Origin: a virus
Lineage: Duplodnaviria > Caudoviricetes
IMG/VR virus record: IMGVR_UViG_3300042870_001240
Reading direction: 5' to 3' (one strand)
Length of the DNA stretch: 64,000 nucleotides
This document shows, piece by piece, positions 1 through 9,454 of the stretch; position 1 is the first letter of the stretch; every line of letters begins with the position of its first letter. The notes below the pieces were generated by a model. That model saw only the letters and a list, made by a program, of their open reading frames with translations, searched no databases and was not told the DNA's origin. Both the position numbers and the translations under genes were made by a program.

Positions 1-1
1 T

Positions 2-151
2 TATGTAACTAAATTTACAATATACCAACCAAACATAAACATAATATTATCTAATGACTACATCGTTGAAAAGGGAGACTTACAAGTAGATTTAGGTTTT
101 GCTTTTGATAACATAGTAATGTATTCAGACGATATCTCAGGAGACAAATGA
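2..151 (+). CDS. 3' fragment of hypothetical protein
   Basis: Open frame from the window edge (YVTKF...ISGDK*); its TGA overlaps the ATG at 148 (ATGA). Confidence 0.55.
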   Translation, partial: YVTKFTIYQPNINIILSNDYIVEKGDLQVDLGFAFDNIVMYSDDISGDK

Positions 152-474
152 AATATATAATAACAGAAAATAAGTTAAACAATGTCGCGTTAAGTTGGAT
201 GAATCAAAACTTCAGTCCATACCAGTTAGAAATTTTTGAATCTGAAAAATATCCAAATTCTGTTTTTTTTAGAAAAAATGGAAAAGTTGTGATGCAACAA
301 GATAAAAAATCTAAGTTTTTTTGGTTTGATTATGATAAAATTTGGTCATTTTTTAAATTGTTTTTTGGTATGCAATACCCACAAATACAAGACGTTCTGA
401 ACTACTGGTTGGAGGATACTTTCAAATTAGAGGGTTATACACCTAATCCCTACGAATTAACATATACACTTTAG
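148..474 (+). CDS. Array-linked small protein, paralog A (108 aa)
   Basis: 73/99 identical to 18295-18609 by manual alignment up to GYTP; LEDTFKLEGYTP is encoded by repeat 408-443. Confidence 0.85.
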   Translation: MKYIITENKLNNVALSWMNQNFSPYQLEIFESEKYPNSVFFRKNGKVVMQQDKKSKFFWFDYDKIWSFFKLFFGMQYPQIQDVLNYWLEDTFKLEGYTPNPYELTYTL

Positions 475-497
475 TTGGAGAATACCCTCAAATTAAA
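408..497 (+). CRISPR. CRISPR-like mini-array A: repeat, 30-nt spacer, truncated repeat
   Basis: GTTGGAGGATACTTTCAAATTAGAGGGTTATACACC (408-443), spacer 444-473, partial repeat GTTGGAGAATACCCTCAAATTAAA (474-497). Confidence 0.65.
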
Positions 498-507
498 ATA
501 AAAAGAA

Positions 508-891
508 ATGAAATATATAATAACAGAAAATAAAATGTATAACACGTTTTCATCTTTCCTAACTTCATTAGGGTTAAAGGACGTTATGTCACATGGTAAT
601 GGTTTAGATAGTTGTTATTATCCTGTTGAGTGGTTTGAATACGACTATGATGAGGATGGGTATGAACCAGCACCTTGTTTATTCAGATACTTTAATAATG
701 GAAAAGATTACAGTGAATGGCATGGAGTAAGTGATACTTATTCAAATCAAGATTACCCGATAATTGAGTTGGATTGGGAAATGTATAAACAAATTGAGGA
801 TTTATTTGGTGAAAAAACGATTACTGAGTTTGGTCCTAAATTTTTTCAAAATGTTGTAAATCAAGAAGTTAAAACTATAGTATCAGAGTAA
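508..891 (+). CDS. Hypothetical protein with MKYIITENK N-terminus
   Basis: First 26 nt identical to the 148 gene; body unrelated; no repeat at its 3' end. Confidence 0.8.
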   Translation: MKYIITENKMYNTFSSFLTSLGLKDVMSHGNGLDSCYYPVEWFEYDYDEDGYEPAPCLFRYFNNGKDYSEWHGVSDTYSNQDYPIIELDWEMYKQIEDLFGEKTITEFGPKFFQNVVNQEVKTIVSE

Positions 892-2538
892 TCACTTACT
901 TATTTCGTAATCAACTTCTCCCAATCTATCTGAAAGAATTTCATTATAACTTGATTTATCAATATCTGGATACCACCTATCGTCAATACTAAATTCAGGT
1001 TTGTCAATTACTTCACCAATCATTTCACTAAACACACATCCTAAATCATCGTCACATCTTTCCATATAATCATCATACCATACGTCATCTATATCGTTTA
1101 AATACTTTTCCATATTAACAATTATAACAATCCCTTCATCGTCAAATTTAATTACCTCACCCAATTCCTCTACAGCTTCTTTTAATGTATCATATAACAT
1201 ATTAGAATAACTGTCTTGTTCGGCATTATTAATTGCTCCTGATATTGCACTTGTAAGGTCATGATTATCGTCATATTCCTTAATCTTATCCTCCAAATTC
1301 ATGGCATTAAATTCTTCCTCATCAAAATCAGGATTGTCTTTGGTTGCAAGTTTTTTAATTAACTCATTAATCTTTTCTTCATTTTTTTTATCACAGTAAT
1401 AATCAATTCCACTCCTCCAATCAGCATTATAATTATCCCACAAATCCGAAGTTTCACCTGCCAAGATAGTTTCAAACATTGTCACCTTTCTACTATGACC
1501 TTCCTTAGTTTTCCATTGTCTAATAACCCAATCACCTGAGACATATCTATCCAAATCATCAGGATTAATCTCCACCCTAACTTTATAATTAATTTCAGGT
1601 TTATCGATAATCCCCATATCCATTAATTTCCTTTGTAATCTTCTTGAGGAGAATAAGTCAGGTCTACTACGATATAAATCAATTATAACATCATTAGGTA
1701 AATCCGTTATCTTGAAATCTTGTTGAGATGCGTATTCAGACCCAAACTCTTGGATTAGGTAATTATTATTTTCGTCCTTAATATAGAATAATGGTAAAAT
1801 ATAATCGTGGTATTCCTCTTTTGGTTTTGAGTTCTTAGGACCTTTTAGTTGATATAGCACATTATCATTCCCAATAGCCGCGGTTAAATGACTCTTATTT
1901 AACGTATACTTCTCTCCTGGCAGTCTTTTAACCTCTCTTAAGGAAACTATAGTATTTCTATTTCCTGTTCTACCACAGTGTCCCATTCTATTACATTCTT
2001 CACTAGAGTTGTTTGTGTTTAAGTCAACCCAATAAAACCCTTCACCATTTTTATTTCTGAAATCTAAAATAATATCATGAGTGTGTGGCTCAACGTAATT
2101 AATCTTACCTTGACCAATCTGTAATGAGTCGTGCCATTCTTTGGATTTTTGAAAAAGTTCTTTCCATGTTAAATCTTTGTACTGATTCATATTACCGTTA
2201 AGCCCGACTCTAATCCAATCCATGATAGATTGTATATCATATGAGGAACTAATAATTAAATTTCTACTATTAATTTTGTTAATTAACTCATCACCTTGAT
2301 ATGGTTTGGTATACAAACTAAGATGATTCTTATTTGACACGTCTTTAAACTTATTAAACATCCACACGGCAAGAGGACCACATTTTTCATCTAAAAAAGT
2401 GGCTTGTTCGACAGATAAACCTTCTTTGTCTGTAAGAATTTTTATTTTAGACGCCTCAGAAATAAGTTCATTATCGTATATTGAATTATAATTACGAAGT
2501 GTTTTAAGAATCTCCTCGTTTAAACTTTTTAAATCCAT
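892..2538 (-). CDS. PcfJ-like domain protein with acidic C-terminus
   Basis: SKEWH...EECNRMGHCG...SLRE...YQLKGPKNSKP motifs; probable start MDLKSL at 2538 after GTATTTAT. Confidence 0.6.
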   Translation of the reverse strand: MDLKSLNEEILKTLRNYNSIYDNELISEASKIKILTDKEGLSVEQATFLDEKCGPLAVWMFNKFKDVSNKNHLSLYTKPYQGDELINKINSRNLIISSSYDIQSIMDWIRVGLNGNMNQYKDLTWKELFQKSKEWHDSLQIGQGKINYVEPHTHDIILDFRNKNGEGFYWVDLNTNNSSEECNRMGHCGRTGNRNTIVSLREVKRLPGEKYTLNKSHLTAAIGNDNVLYQLKGPKNSKPKEEYHDYILPLFYIKDENNNYLIQEFGSEYASQQDFKITDLPNDVIIDLYRSRPDLFSSRRLQRKLMDMGIIDKPEINYKVRVEINPDDLDRYVSGDWVIRQWKTKEGHSRKVTMFETILAGETSDLWDNYNADWRSGIDYYCDKKNEEKINELIKKLATKDNPDFDEEEFNAMNLEDKIKEYDDNHDLTSAISGAINNAEQDSYSNMLYDTLKEAVEELGEVIKFDDEGIVIIVNMEKYLNDIDDVWYDDYMERCDDDLGCVFSEMIGEVIDKPEFSIDDRWYPDIDKSSYNEILSDRLGEVDYEISK

Positions 2539-2623
2539 ACCAATAAATACCAAGTAATAAAATTAAATAACAGATTATTTTTTAAACAACATTATTCGTA
2601 ACTTAAGGATAATTGTTAATAAC

Positions 2624-3031
2624 CTATAAGTAGGTAGTCACGGTGTACCATCTGCGCATATTTGATAAATAATCAATCTTTATTTTGAATTGGTCATTTC
2701 TATAATAACCATCATCATACCTTGCATATCCTTTATTCAATAATACTTCCATCAATTCACTGAGGATTACTTCTTTAAAGACTACTATATACTGAAAGCA
2801 CATATTATCTGAATTTAAGTAGTATGTCTGATAATTGTTAGACTCACTAAAAAACCACATATAGTAAGTGCCATCATTATCTACAGTTGTAGTTATTTCA
2901 ATTCCCTTGTCTTTAAATCGATTCTGAATCTCAGTCTTAGATAACCCAACGTAATTTTGGCTTTTTGCTGTAAAATTTATACCAAGTAGTATAATACTAC
3001 TTAGTATAATATTTAATAATTGTTTTTTCAT
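2624..3031 (-). CDS. Secreted hypothetical protein
   Basis: Signal-peptide-like N-terminus ending AKS-Q. Confidence 0.7.
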   Translation of the reverse strand: MKKQLLNIILSSIILLGINFTAKSQNYVGLSKTEIQNRFKDKGIEITTTVDNDGTYYMWFFSESNNYQTYYLNSDNMCFQYIVVFKEVILSELMEVLLNKGYARYDDGYYRNDQFKIKIDYLSNMRRWYTVTTYL

Positions 3032-3061
3032 AATTTTATTTTTTTTTATAAATATACTAAT

Positions 3062-3520
3062 TTATTTTGACCTGTCAATTATAACATAAATAGTATCAAT
3101 TATTTTACCAGTAACTTGTGGCGTGTTTTGATTTTTACCATTAAAAACATTACCGAAATTCTTTTCTAAAACTTCGCACTTTTCTATAAAATGAGATGTT
3201 TCACCACGATTATTAAACCAATTTTTACCAAAAGTTTCGTGATAAACAAGTTTAACTTTCCATCCAAATTGAGCTGCACTATCAATTGTTTTAATCAATT
3301 CTTCTGGCTCATTGTCGTTATCTACTGAAAAATCAAATGGAACTGAACTATTCATACCTGTTTGTGTAACATTTAAATGCCCTTCGTGGCTTTTCCATAT
3401 TGCTCCACTTTTTGAGAATTGAGTTACCACCCCAATTCTTTCACCGTTTGCATAATTTTCGGAACAACTTTGTATCATCAATGTAGCCGATGCAATCGCT
3501 ATTAAAAATAATTTTTTCAT
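3062..3520 (-). CDS. Bacteroidota-type lipoprotein
   Basis: Lipobox-like MIQSC; NGERIGVVTQFSKSG...KSHEG motif. Confidence 0.65.
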   Translation of the reverse strand: MKKLFLIAIASATLMIQSCSENYANGERIGVVTQFSKSGAIWKSHEGHLNVTQTGMNSSVPFDFSVDNDNEPEELIKTIDSAAQFGWKVKLVYHETFGKNWFNNRGETSHFIEKCEVLEKNFGNVFNGKNQNTPQVTGKIIDTIYVIIDRSK

Positions 3521-3609
3521 TTACTTAAATTTTGTTTTGCCTTCCGTTTAAAATGGGTGGAAATCTGAACCCTAAAAATGCACCGCATATAACAGGTATT
3601 AATTTTATT

Positions 3610-3927
3610 TTAATACCCTTCCCCTGTTTTGTTAATAAAATCAACTCCGTTTTCTTTTGCAAACTCAGATACCAGTTGTTCAACTAAATCTTTATCCATT
3701 TTTCCATAATCAACAGAATAACCATAAACTTCGATTCCAATATCTGACCAACAAACTCGTCCTCCACCACGAACTCTCCAATCCTTTAGTTCAGGTTCTT
3801 CTTTTCTAAAATTATTTGCAACCTCTTGATGAAACTCACCGTAACCTGAACGAAATACAAATTCACCCTCGTTTTCAAGGATAACACATTTATGAACCGA
3901 ATCTTTTTTAATTATAACTTTTTCCAT
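3610..3927 (-). CDS. Janus/Ocnus (PHPT1)-like phosphohistidine phosphatase
   Basis: EFH and GGGRV...IEVYGYSVDYG resemble human PHPT1 EYH and GGGRI...IHVYGYSMAYG. Confidence 0.65.
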   Translation of the reverse strand: MEKVIIKKDSVHKCVILENEGEFVFRSGYGEFHQEVANNFRKEEPELKDWRVRGGGRVCWSDIGIEVYGYSVDYGKMDKDLVEQLVSEFAKENGVDFINKTGEGY

Positions 3928-3931
3928 AAAA

Positions 3932-3963
3932 CAAATTTACAAATTAATATTTATATTTCCAAA
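3932..3963 (-). promoter_or_regulatory. Bacteroidota sigma70-type promoter
   Basis: TTTG-N20-TAAATTTG upstream of 3927. Confidence 0.7.
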
Positions 3964-4044
3964 TATAACCCATTAAATAATTTAAACCAAATCGAAATTA
4001 TTCTTCATAATACAAAGGTATGGATTATATTTTAATTTTACAAG

Positions 4045-4053
4045 GTATTTATA
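4045..4053 (+). promoter_or_regulatory. Recurrent RTATTTAT upstream motif (putative phage late promoter), example
   Basis: Same motif lies just upstream of more than 15 starts (e.g. 5114, 17792, 21174, 26417, 33406, 42191, 61714, 63156). Confidence 0.6.
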
Positions 4054-4057
4054 TGTT

Positions 4058-4549
4058 ATGGGAAAATCTAAATTAGAAGCATTAAGTGATAGAATATTAT
4101 CTCAATTTTTTATCCAATTAAGAAAAATATATGACGAGGAGTTAAGAAATAGTCCTCATTACTCATTGGTTGAACAAGATAATTTTATTGATGCGTGTGA
4201 TACGGTATCAAGTATATTTGGGGTCGCTCCTTGTGATTATATCGACCTTGATTTTATTATCACCATGATTGATATGAATCCATCTATTAGTGAAGGCATT
4301 ATTAATAAAAGACCAACAATAGGTAACTATACTTATGAGATAGATGTTCACGAAAAGGTTTATGAAAGAGTGACTTATAAACATAAGAGTGAATCGTATA
4401 GTCCAAGTACATTAATACAAATAGCTAAAAAAATGGAGTATGAAGGTGATATAAGTGTTTGGGATGGTCAAGAAATCGATAGGGATAATTATGATTCAGA
4501 AACTATCAGTATTGACTACGATAAGAATTCAATTACTAAAATAGGTTAA
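4058..4549 (+). CDS. Hypothetical protein
   Basis: 163-aa ORF with upstream motif. Confidence 0.75.
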   Translation: MGKSKLEALSDRILSQFFIQLRKIYDEELRNSPHYSLVEQDNFIDACDTVSSIFGVAPCDYIDLDFIITMIDMNPSISEGIINKRPTIGNYTYEIDVHEKVYERVTYKHKSESYSPSTLIQIAKKMEYEGDISVWDGQEIDRDNYDSETISIDYDKNSITKIG

Positions 4550-4552
4550 TCT

Positions 4553-5086
4553 TTATTTTTTTCTTTCCGATAATTTTCTAACAATCGGTAACTGTTCTTC
4601 AACAATCACTTGATATACTTTTGGTAAATAGAAATGTTTATACCATATAAGCACATCTTCAACACCATCAAACACTTCTTTAGTCTTTAAACGGTTATAA
4701 ACATCACCATAATACCATAACTCAATTTTATCATCATCTGTTATCTCCTTATAATACTGAATTTCCACAGGTATTCCTGACTCTCCTTGCCAAAATGGTG
4801 TAGCATAAACAAAAACTTTTTCTTTTCTCTCATTGGATACAAGTATTCCGTCCCAACCAAAAGCTCCTGACATATTGTCAATAGAAATTCCGAATTCTTT
4901 ATATTGTTTAGGTAACTTTCCCTCTGACATTAATTCTATTAACACCGTATTGGCTAACCCAGTATCAATAGTTATTTCACTAATGTGAATTAACTCAACA
5001 GGATTTATACCTGCGATTTTCGAGGCATCATAAATTCCATGTGTCTCAATTAAATTTAATAACTGTTGTCGTCTTTTATCTGTCAT
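4553..5086 (-). CDS. Hypothetical protein
   Basis: 177-aa ORF; ATATTTAT upstream. Confidence 0.75.
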   Translation of the reverse strand: MTDKRRQQLLNLIETHGIYDASKIAGINPVELIHISEITIDTGLANTVLIELMSEGKLPKQYKEFGISIDNMSGAFGWDGILVSNERKEKVFVYATPFWQGESGIPVEIQYYKEITDDDKIELWYYGDVYNRLKTKEVFDGVEDVLIWYKHFYLPKVYQVIVEEQLPIVRKLSERKK

Positions 5087-5113
5087 TAATAATAAATATA
5101 AGTATTTATAGTT

Positions 5114-5770
5114 ATGAATAGACTACTTTATATATATTTTCACAAATTTTTAAAACCTTCATATGATTTTCATGGGTTAACACTTAGACCTAATTTCTTA
5201 CCTAATGAAGGACTAATACGTTGGTCTGTCGAAAACCCTCAGGATAAATCATATTACATGGAGACATTGATTGCTTTTACAGAGGAACTTTTTATTACTT
5301 TTTGTCACCTTCTTGAGGGTGAAATCGGGTCAGGTTTTTATCGTAATAATCGTAGATATGCCTGTAGTTTTGAACAAACCAATAAGTATTATTACCTTAA
5401 TAAATCGGATGACCAAAAATTATTAAACAGTATTAAACAAATTACTAAAATTGATTACAAAAATATATTTTATAGTGATGTTGAATGTACCTATGTTAAT
5501 ATTTACCCAGCAGAAGATTTTACGATAACAATTGGAATGAAGCTTTTAAATCCTCATAATGAACAACATTCCAAATTGATTAACACTGAATTATCTGAAG
5601 CTATATTTGAATTGATTGAGGATGATTTTTTTTACAGTGACTATCTATTTGATTTATTTCACCCCGTAATAAATGTCATTACAAACCTACCCTTATTGTA
5701 CGACCATACCTGGATGTTTTTTACTACTAGTGTTGATTTCAGAGATAAAAACAATATAAAAATTAAATAA
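5114..5770 (+). CDS. Hypothetical protein
   Basis: 218-aa ORF; GTATTTATA at 5102-5110. Confidence 0.75.
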   Translation: MNRLLYIYFHKFLKPSYDFHGLTLRPNFLPNEGLIRWSVENPQDKSYYMETLIAFTEELFITFCHLLEGEIGSGFYRNNRRYACSFEQTNKYYYLNKSDDQKLLNSIKQITKIDYKNIFYSDVECTYVNIYPAEDFTITIGMKLLNPHNEQHSKLINTELSEAIFELIEDDFFYSDYLFDLFHPVINVITNLPLLYDHTWMFFTTSVDFRDKNNIKIK

Positions 5771-5799
5771 TTTTAATCAATTCTTATTTCTTATAAAAC

Positions 5800-6186
5800 T
5801 TAAGAATTCAATATCGTAAAGTCAAAATCATAATCAATACAAACATGAGTTAATATTGATTCAACCTCTCTAACTAAATCTTCACCTAACTCATCCCATA
5901 TTCTTTCGTAAACATCGTCTTGTCTAAATCCATGTTCCCACATATCATCAACCCCTAAAGAAACTTTAATTGGTTGGATGTATATTGTTCCATCAAATAA
6001 ACACACAACAGGGTCATTATTTTTCCATAATGAAACTTTCTTAACCTTATATTCAATGTGAACATCAACTCGGTCATCATCACTACTTGAATAGGGCATC
6101 GAATACCAAGTGTCAAATTCATTTTTGTCCTTTAATAATTTATGAACCATTTCAATAGTTCGTTCAGTGTGTTTGTCCATTTCCAT
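5800..6186 (-). CDS. Hypothetical protein
   Basis: 128-aa ORF. Confidence 0.7.
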   Translation of the reverse strand: MEMDKHTERTIEMVHKLLKDKNEFDTWYSMPYSSSDDDRVDVHIEYKVKKVSLWKNNDPVVCLFDGTIYIQPIKVSLGVDDMWEHGFRQDDVYERIWDELGEDLVREVESILTHVCIDYDFDFTILNS

Positions 6187-6227
6187 ATTATATAAGTATT
6201 TATAAGAAACAAAAAATTATTTAAATA

Positions 6228-6620
6228 ATGACAATAGAACAAGAAATACAATCATTAAACAAGATTATTAATTCAGGTCTTATATTATCAGTATATCCAA
6301 ATGTAGACCATATTGATGTGTCTTTTGATGGGACACACCATCCATATCTTATTTATAAGATGTATTTAAAAGATAAAGACGCCACTAATAATGATTTGTA
6401 TAATGATGTCGACCCTTTTTATTTAGTTGACTATCACGTAATGAACATCATTTCAAAACTAATTCCTTTTGAACACTTACCAATCAAAGATGATGGTTAT
6501 CAACTGATTGTTTATAATGGAAGTGGTATTCCAATTTTTGATTGGGAACATGAATTAAGTGTAATGAATAGAGGTTCTTTAGGTAGAAGTGATTGGGAAC
6601 AAAGGTCTAAAAACCGATAA
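6228..6620 (+). CDS. Hypothetical protein
   Basis: 130-aa ORF; GTATTTATA upstream. Confidence 0.7.
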   Translation: MTIEQEIQSLNKIINSGLILSVYPNVDHIDVSFDGTHHPYLIYKMYLKDKDATNNDLYNDVDPFYLVDYHVMNIISKLIPFEHLPIKDDGYQLIVYNGSGIPIFDWEHELSVMNRGSLGRSDWEQRSKNR

Positions 6621-7233
6621 ACTCAGTTTTAACATATGAGACCATCCATTCATTGTCAACTAACGCAGTTTCACCTTCTAAGATTTCATCAATATGAGGA
6701 TATGAATGGTCTGTCTCAGAGTATTTATTTCCTTTTTGAAATGACTGATAACGTTCCACGGTAAATTCAATTTTGGATTCAACTTTACCTTTATTTTGTG
6801 TATATAAAAATACTTTTAAAGGTTTGACATAATTTTTTATTACTAAAGCATTCTCAATAATCTCTATTTCTGCATTAACAGGTTTAATATCTATCTCGTG
6901 AGAACCAACTTTTAATACTTTAACAGTTTTAAGATAGTTTTTTATTTTTGTGAGTAATTCTTCATTAATGTATAAAGATTCCTCGTCATTTGAAGAACGG
7001 ATAAGTGTATGGACTTCTTTTTGTATTCCCAATAATTTCTGAAATGACTCCATACTTTCATTTGCAAACCCTTTTAATGCCGCATAACTATACGACACAT
7101 CATTAGGATTAATTACCTCAAACACCATTGTTTGACTATGGTCAAACCCAAGTGGTCGTAACAAAACCCCGTTAACATTTAAAGTCCCATTAAGATATTT
7201 GGTATATAATTCTAAATACTTTTTACTTATCAT
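6607..7233 (-). CDS. Hypothetical protein
   Basis: 208-aa ORF coupled to 7230-7790. Confidence 0.75.
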   Translation of the reverse strand: MISKKYLELYTKYLNGTLNVNGVLLRPLGFDHSQTMVFEVINPNDVSYSYAALKGFANESMESFQKLLGIQKEVHTLIRSSNDEESLYINEELLTKIKNYLKTVKVLKVGSHEIDIKPVNAEIEIIENALVIKNYVKPLKVFLYTQNKGKVESKIEFTVERYQSFQKGNKYSETDHSYPHIDEILEGETALVDNEWMVSYVKTEFIGF

Positions 7234-7790
7234 CCTACATCTGACTTATAATTTATCGAGTCCATTACAAATGAAATCCCTGTTTTATCTTCAACATTAT
7301 CACTAATGTATTCATGAATACAATCTTCAATTTCACTCTCAATCTCCCAACCGTAGTCATCACTATTTCTAGCCTCTTCCAACTTATGTAAAGTTCCATC
7401 CTCAAGTAAGATTACCGTGCCGTTAATGTCATCAACCGTTACCGTAACAATAAATTGTGCTCCATCATCCTCAACATTATCAATAGTAAAATTAAATTCA
7501 TAACCACCACATTTGTTTATGGTATGTTCTTTCTTATTGAAGAACTCCATGGCGATTTCTTGAGCCTTATCTACACCAAGATATTCGGTTAACCATCTTT
7601 GGACATCGACCATTCTGATACCTGTTTGATTTTTAAGTCCGCCATGATACTGAAATCCAAATAATTTTGTCATTGTATCAGTTAATCCAGGACCAACTTT
7701 GTCCCAATATTTAAACAACATCTTTTTATAAGACTCTTGTTCTTTTACTTTATCTAATTGGTCTTCAGTAATTTTAATTCTCATATACAT
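7230..7790 (-). CDS. Hypothetical protein (ITEDQL N-terminus)
   Basis: 186-aa ORF; ATATTTAT upstream. Confidence 0.75.
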   Translation of the reverse strand: MYMRIKITEDQLDKVKEQESYKKMLFKYWDKVGPGLTDTMTKLFGFQYHGGLKNQTGIRMVDVQRWLTEYLGVDKAQEIAMEFFNKKEHTINKCGGYEFNFTIDNVEDDGAQFIVTVTVDDINGTVILLEDGTLHKLEEARNSDDYGWEIESEIEDCIHEYISDNVEDKTGISFVMDSINYKSDVG

Positions 7791-7809
7791 AAATATAAGG
7801 TTTTGAGGT

Positions 7810-8334
7810 TTAGTTCACCCCAAAAACCTTATCTAAATATACTTTCATTGAGTAACACATGTGATATTCTTTAATGTCTAAACTTTTAATGAAATCCTCA
7901 TTCTCTTTCTTATACATCTCGAACATACGACTACCTGACATCTTAGAGTATTCAACATTTGCGATTCGGTCACACATCTTAACAAATATACCGTATTTTT
8001 CTGACCTAATACCTTCATAATACTTATCATTTGCACGTTCTTTACGAGTTTTACCTTTCTCATTAGTTAAAGCGTAAACCAAATCGGCAACGTAATGACC
8101 TAACTCCGATTTAACATCATTGTAAGTAACACGAGTGTCCTCGATTAAATCGTGCCCAAAACAAGCCATTTTAACATCTTCTCGTTTTATCTCTTCAACC
8201 AAATGTTTGAATCTCTCAAATACCCCAACAACCATTCGTAAATGATATTCATATGGAAGATATTCCGCATACATGTGATTAGTATTTTTGTGTTGGGTAA
8301 TAACCCATCTTATTTTTTCTTCTGTTGATTTCAT
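7810..8334 (-). CDS. HD-domain (p)ppGpp hydrolase-like protein (Mesh1/SAH type)
   Basis: PYEYH, GHDLIEDT, VYALT, VKMCDRIAN motifs. Confidence 0.8.
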   Translation of the reverse strand: MKSTEEKIRWVITQHKNTNHMYAEYLPYEYHLRMVVGVFERFKHLVEEIKREDVKMACFGHDLIEDTRVTYNDVKSELGHYVADLVYALTNEKGKTRKERANDKYYEGIRSEKYGIFVKMCDRIANVEYSKMSGSRMFEMYKKENEDFIKSLDIKEYHMCYSMKVYLDKVFGVN

Positions 8335-8338
8335 ACTA

Positions 8339-8369
8339 CAAAGATAATAATTTTTTAATTAAAAACAAA
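8339..8369 (-). promoter_or_regulatory. Bacteroidota sigma70-type promoter
   Basis: TTTG-N19-TATCTTTG. Confidence 0.7.
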
Positions 8370-8588
8370 TTACGAAACAATAAACATATTCGTATTTGCG
8401 ATTGGCAATCTCATCACAGGGAGAGCGTTACTGTCCTCATTAGGTTTTTGCATAACCTCATAGAAACCATTATCCGAACATTTCACAGTCGTTATGTTGT
8501 CCATTCTCTCCATAATTGTTGACGCCCCTCTGTGTCCAGATGTTAAGGAAATTGTCTTGTCTTTTGTGTTAAAAACTAAAGTTTGCAT
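8370..8588 (-). CDS. Small hypothetical protein
   Basis: 72-aa ORF fills the gap between terminator and promoter. Confidence 0.65.
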   Translation of the reverse strand: MQTLVFNTKDKTISLTSGHRGASTIMERMDNITTVKCSDNGFYEVMQKPNEDSNALPVMRLPIANTNMFIVS

Positions 8589-8623
8589 GATATATATATT
8601 TTGGTTTGATGTTAGTTAAATAA

Positions 8624-8647
8624 AAGGGGAGAGTCATCTCTCCCCTT
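8624..8647. terminator. Intrinsic terminator hairpin
   Basis: AAGGGGAGAG-TCAT-CTCTCCCCTT. Confidence 0.7.
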
Positions 8648-8651
8648 AAGA

Positions 8652-9392
8652 TTAAATCATCTTCAAGATGACTTCGGTCTTTCCATCCCATTTGATGATA
8701 CGTGATTTAGGAACCCAAAATTCTAAAATCCCAATCTCTTCCACCTTTTTCAAATAATCCTCTCGGAAACGCTCTGCTTGACTTAGGTCAGTGATGTATT
8801 CAACACCCATGTGTTTAGCACATGTCTTACCCATCTTAGTTAACATTGAGAACTCATCAGTCAATGTTTTAGCACAACACACACAAACATCACCACGTTT
8901 TACTGTCATCTTACCTGAGAACTTAACCGCCTTTGGAGACACTGCCAATACTTTAGTGATGTCCAAAAGGATTGGATTGAATTTCAAACCATATTGTTCC
9001 TTCATCTGTTGTCCGATAGAACGTCCAACTTTGATTGTCTCACCAATAGTAGGGATATTCATCTTACGAGTGTTCGCTTTGTCTTCCTCTTTTTGGATTT
9101 GTTTAACCGCCGCAGATGTCTGAGGGAAAGTAAGAGTTCCGTAAGACAACAATTTTTTCTTGATGTCCAATACGAAAGAGTTCTCTCCCACGTAGTTAGC
9201 AATTCTCTTCATATCCTCAGGTAATTCATCTACCTTCACTTCAGACTTGGTCATTAAGGCCTTCTCAACTGCCGCCAATTGTTTCTCAGTCAAACGACCG
9301 TATTTAGATAATGAGTCCTTCATTTTAAGAACGAAAGAGTTATTTCCTTGATAATTCTTGATTTTTGATGTAGTTGTTACTGTAGTTGTCAT
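8652..9392 (-). CDS. DUF6011-like zinc-finger protein
   Basis: CVCCAKTLTDEFSMLTKMGKTCAKH. Confidence 0.6.
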   Translation of the reverse strand: MTTTVTTTSKIKNYQGNNSFVLKMKDSLSKYGRLTEKQLAAVEKALMTKSEVKVDELPEDMKRIANYVGENSFVLDIKKKLLSYGTLTFPQTSAAVKQIQKEEDKANTRKMNIPTIGETIKVGRSIGQQMKEQYGLKFNPILLDITKVLAVSPKAVKFSGKMTVKRGDVCVCCAKTLTDEFSMLTKMGKTCAKHMGVEYITDLSQAERFREDYLKKVEEIGILEFWVPKSRIIKWDGKTEVILKMI

Positions 9393-9412
9393 ATGTCTTT
9401 GTTTTTGTTTTA

Positions 9413-9444
9413 CAAAGATATATAACTTTTAACGATTACCCAAA
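9413..9444 (-). promoter_or_regulatory. Bacteroidota sigma70-type promoter
   Basis: TTTG-N20-TATCTTTG. Confidence 0.7.
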
Positions 9445-9454
9445 TTTATTTTAA

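Noticed and set aside
444-473. Spacer A self-match (CCCTACGAA) to the methylase near 21850
   Set aside because: Only ~9 nt; expected by chance.
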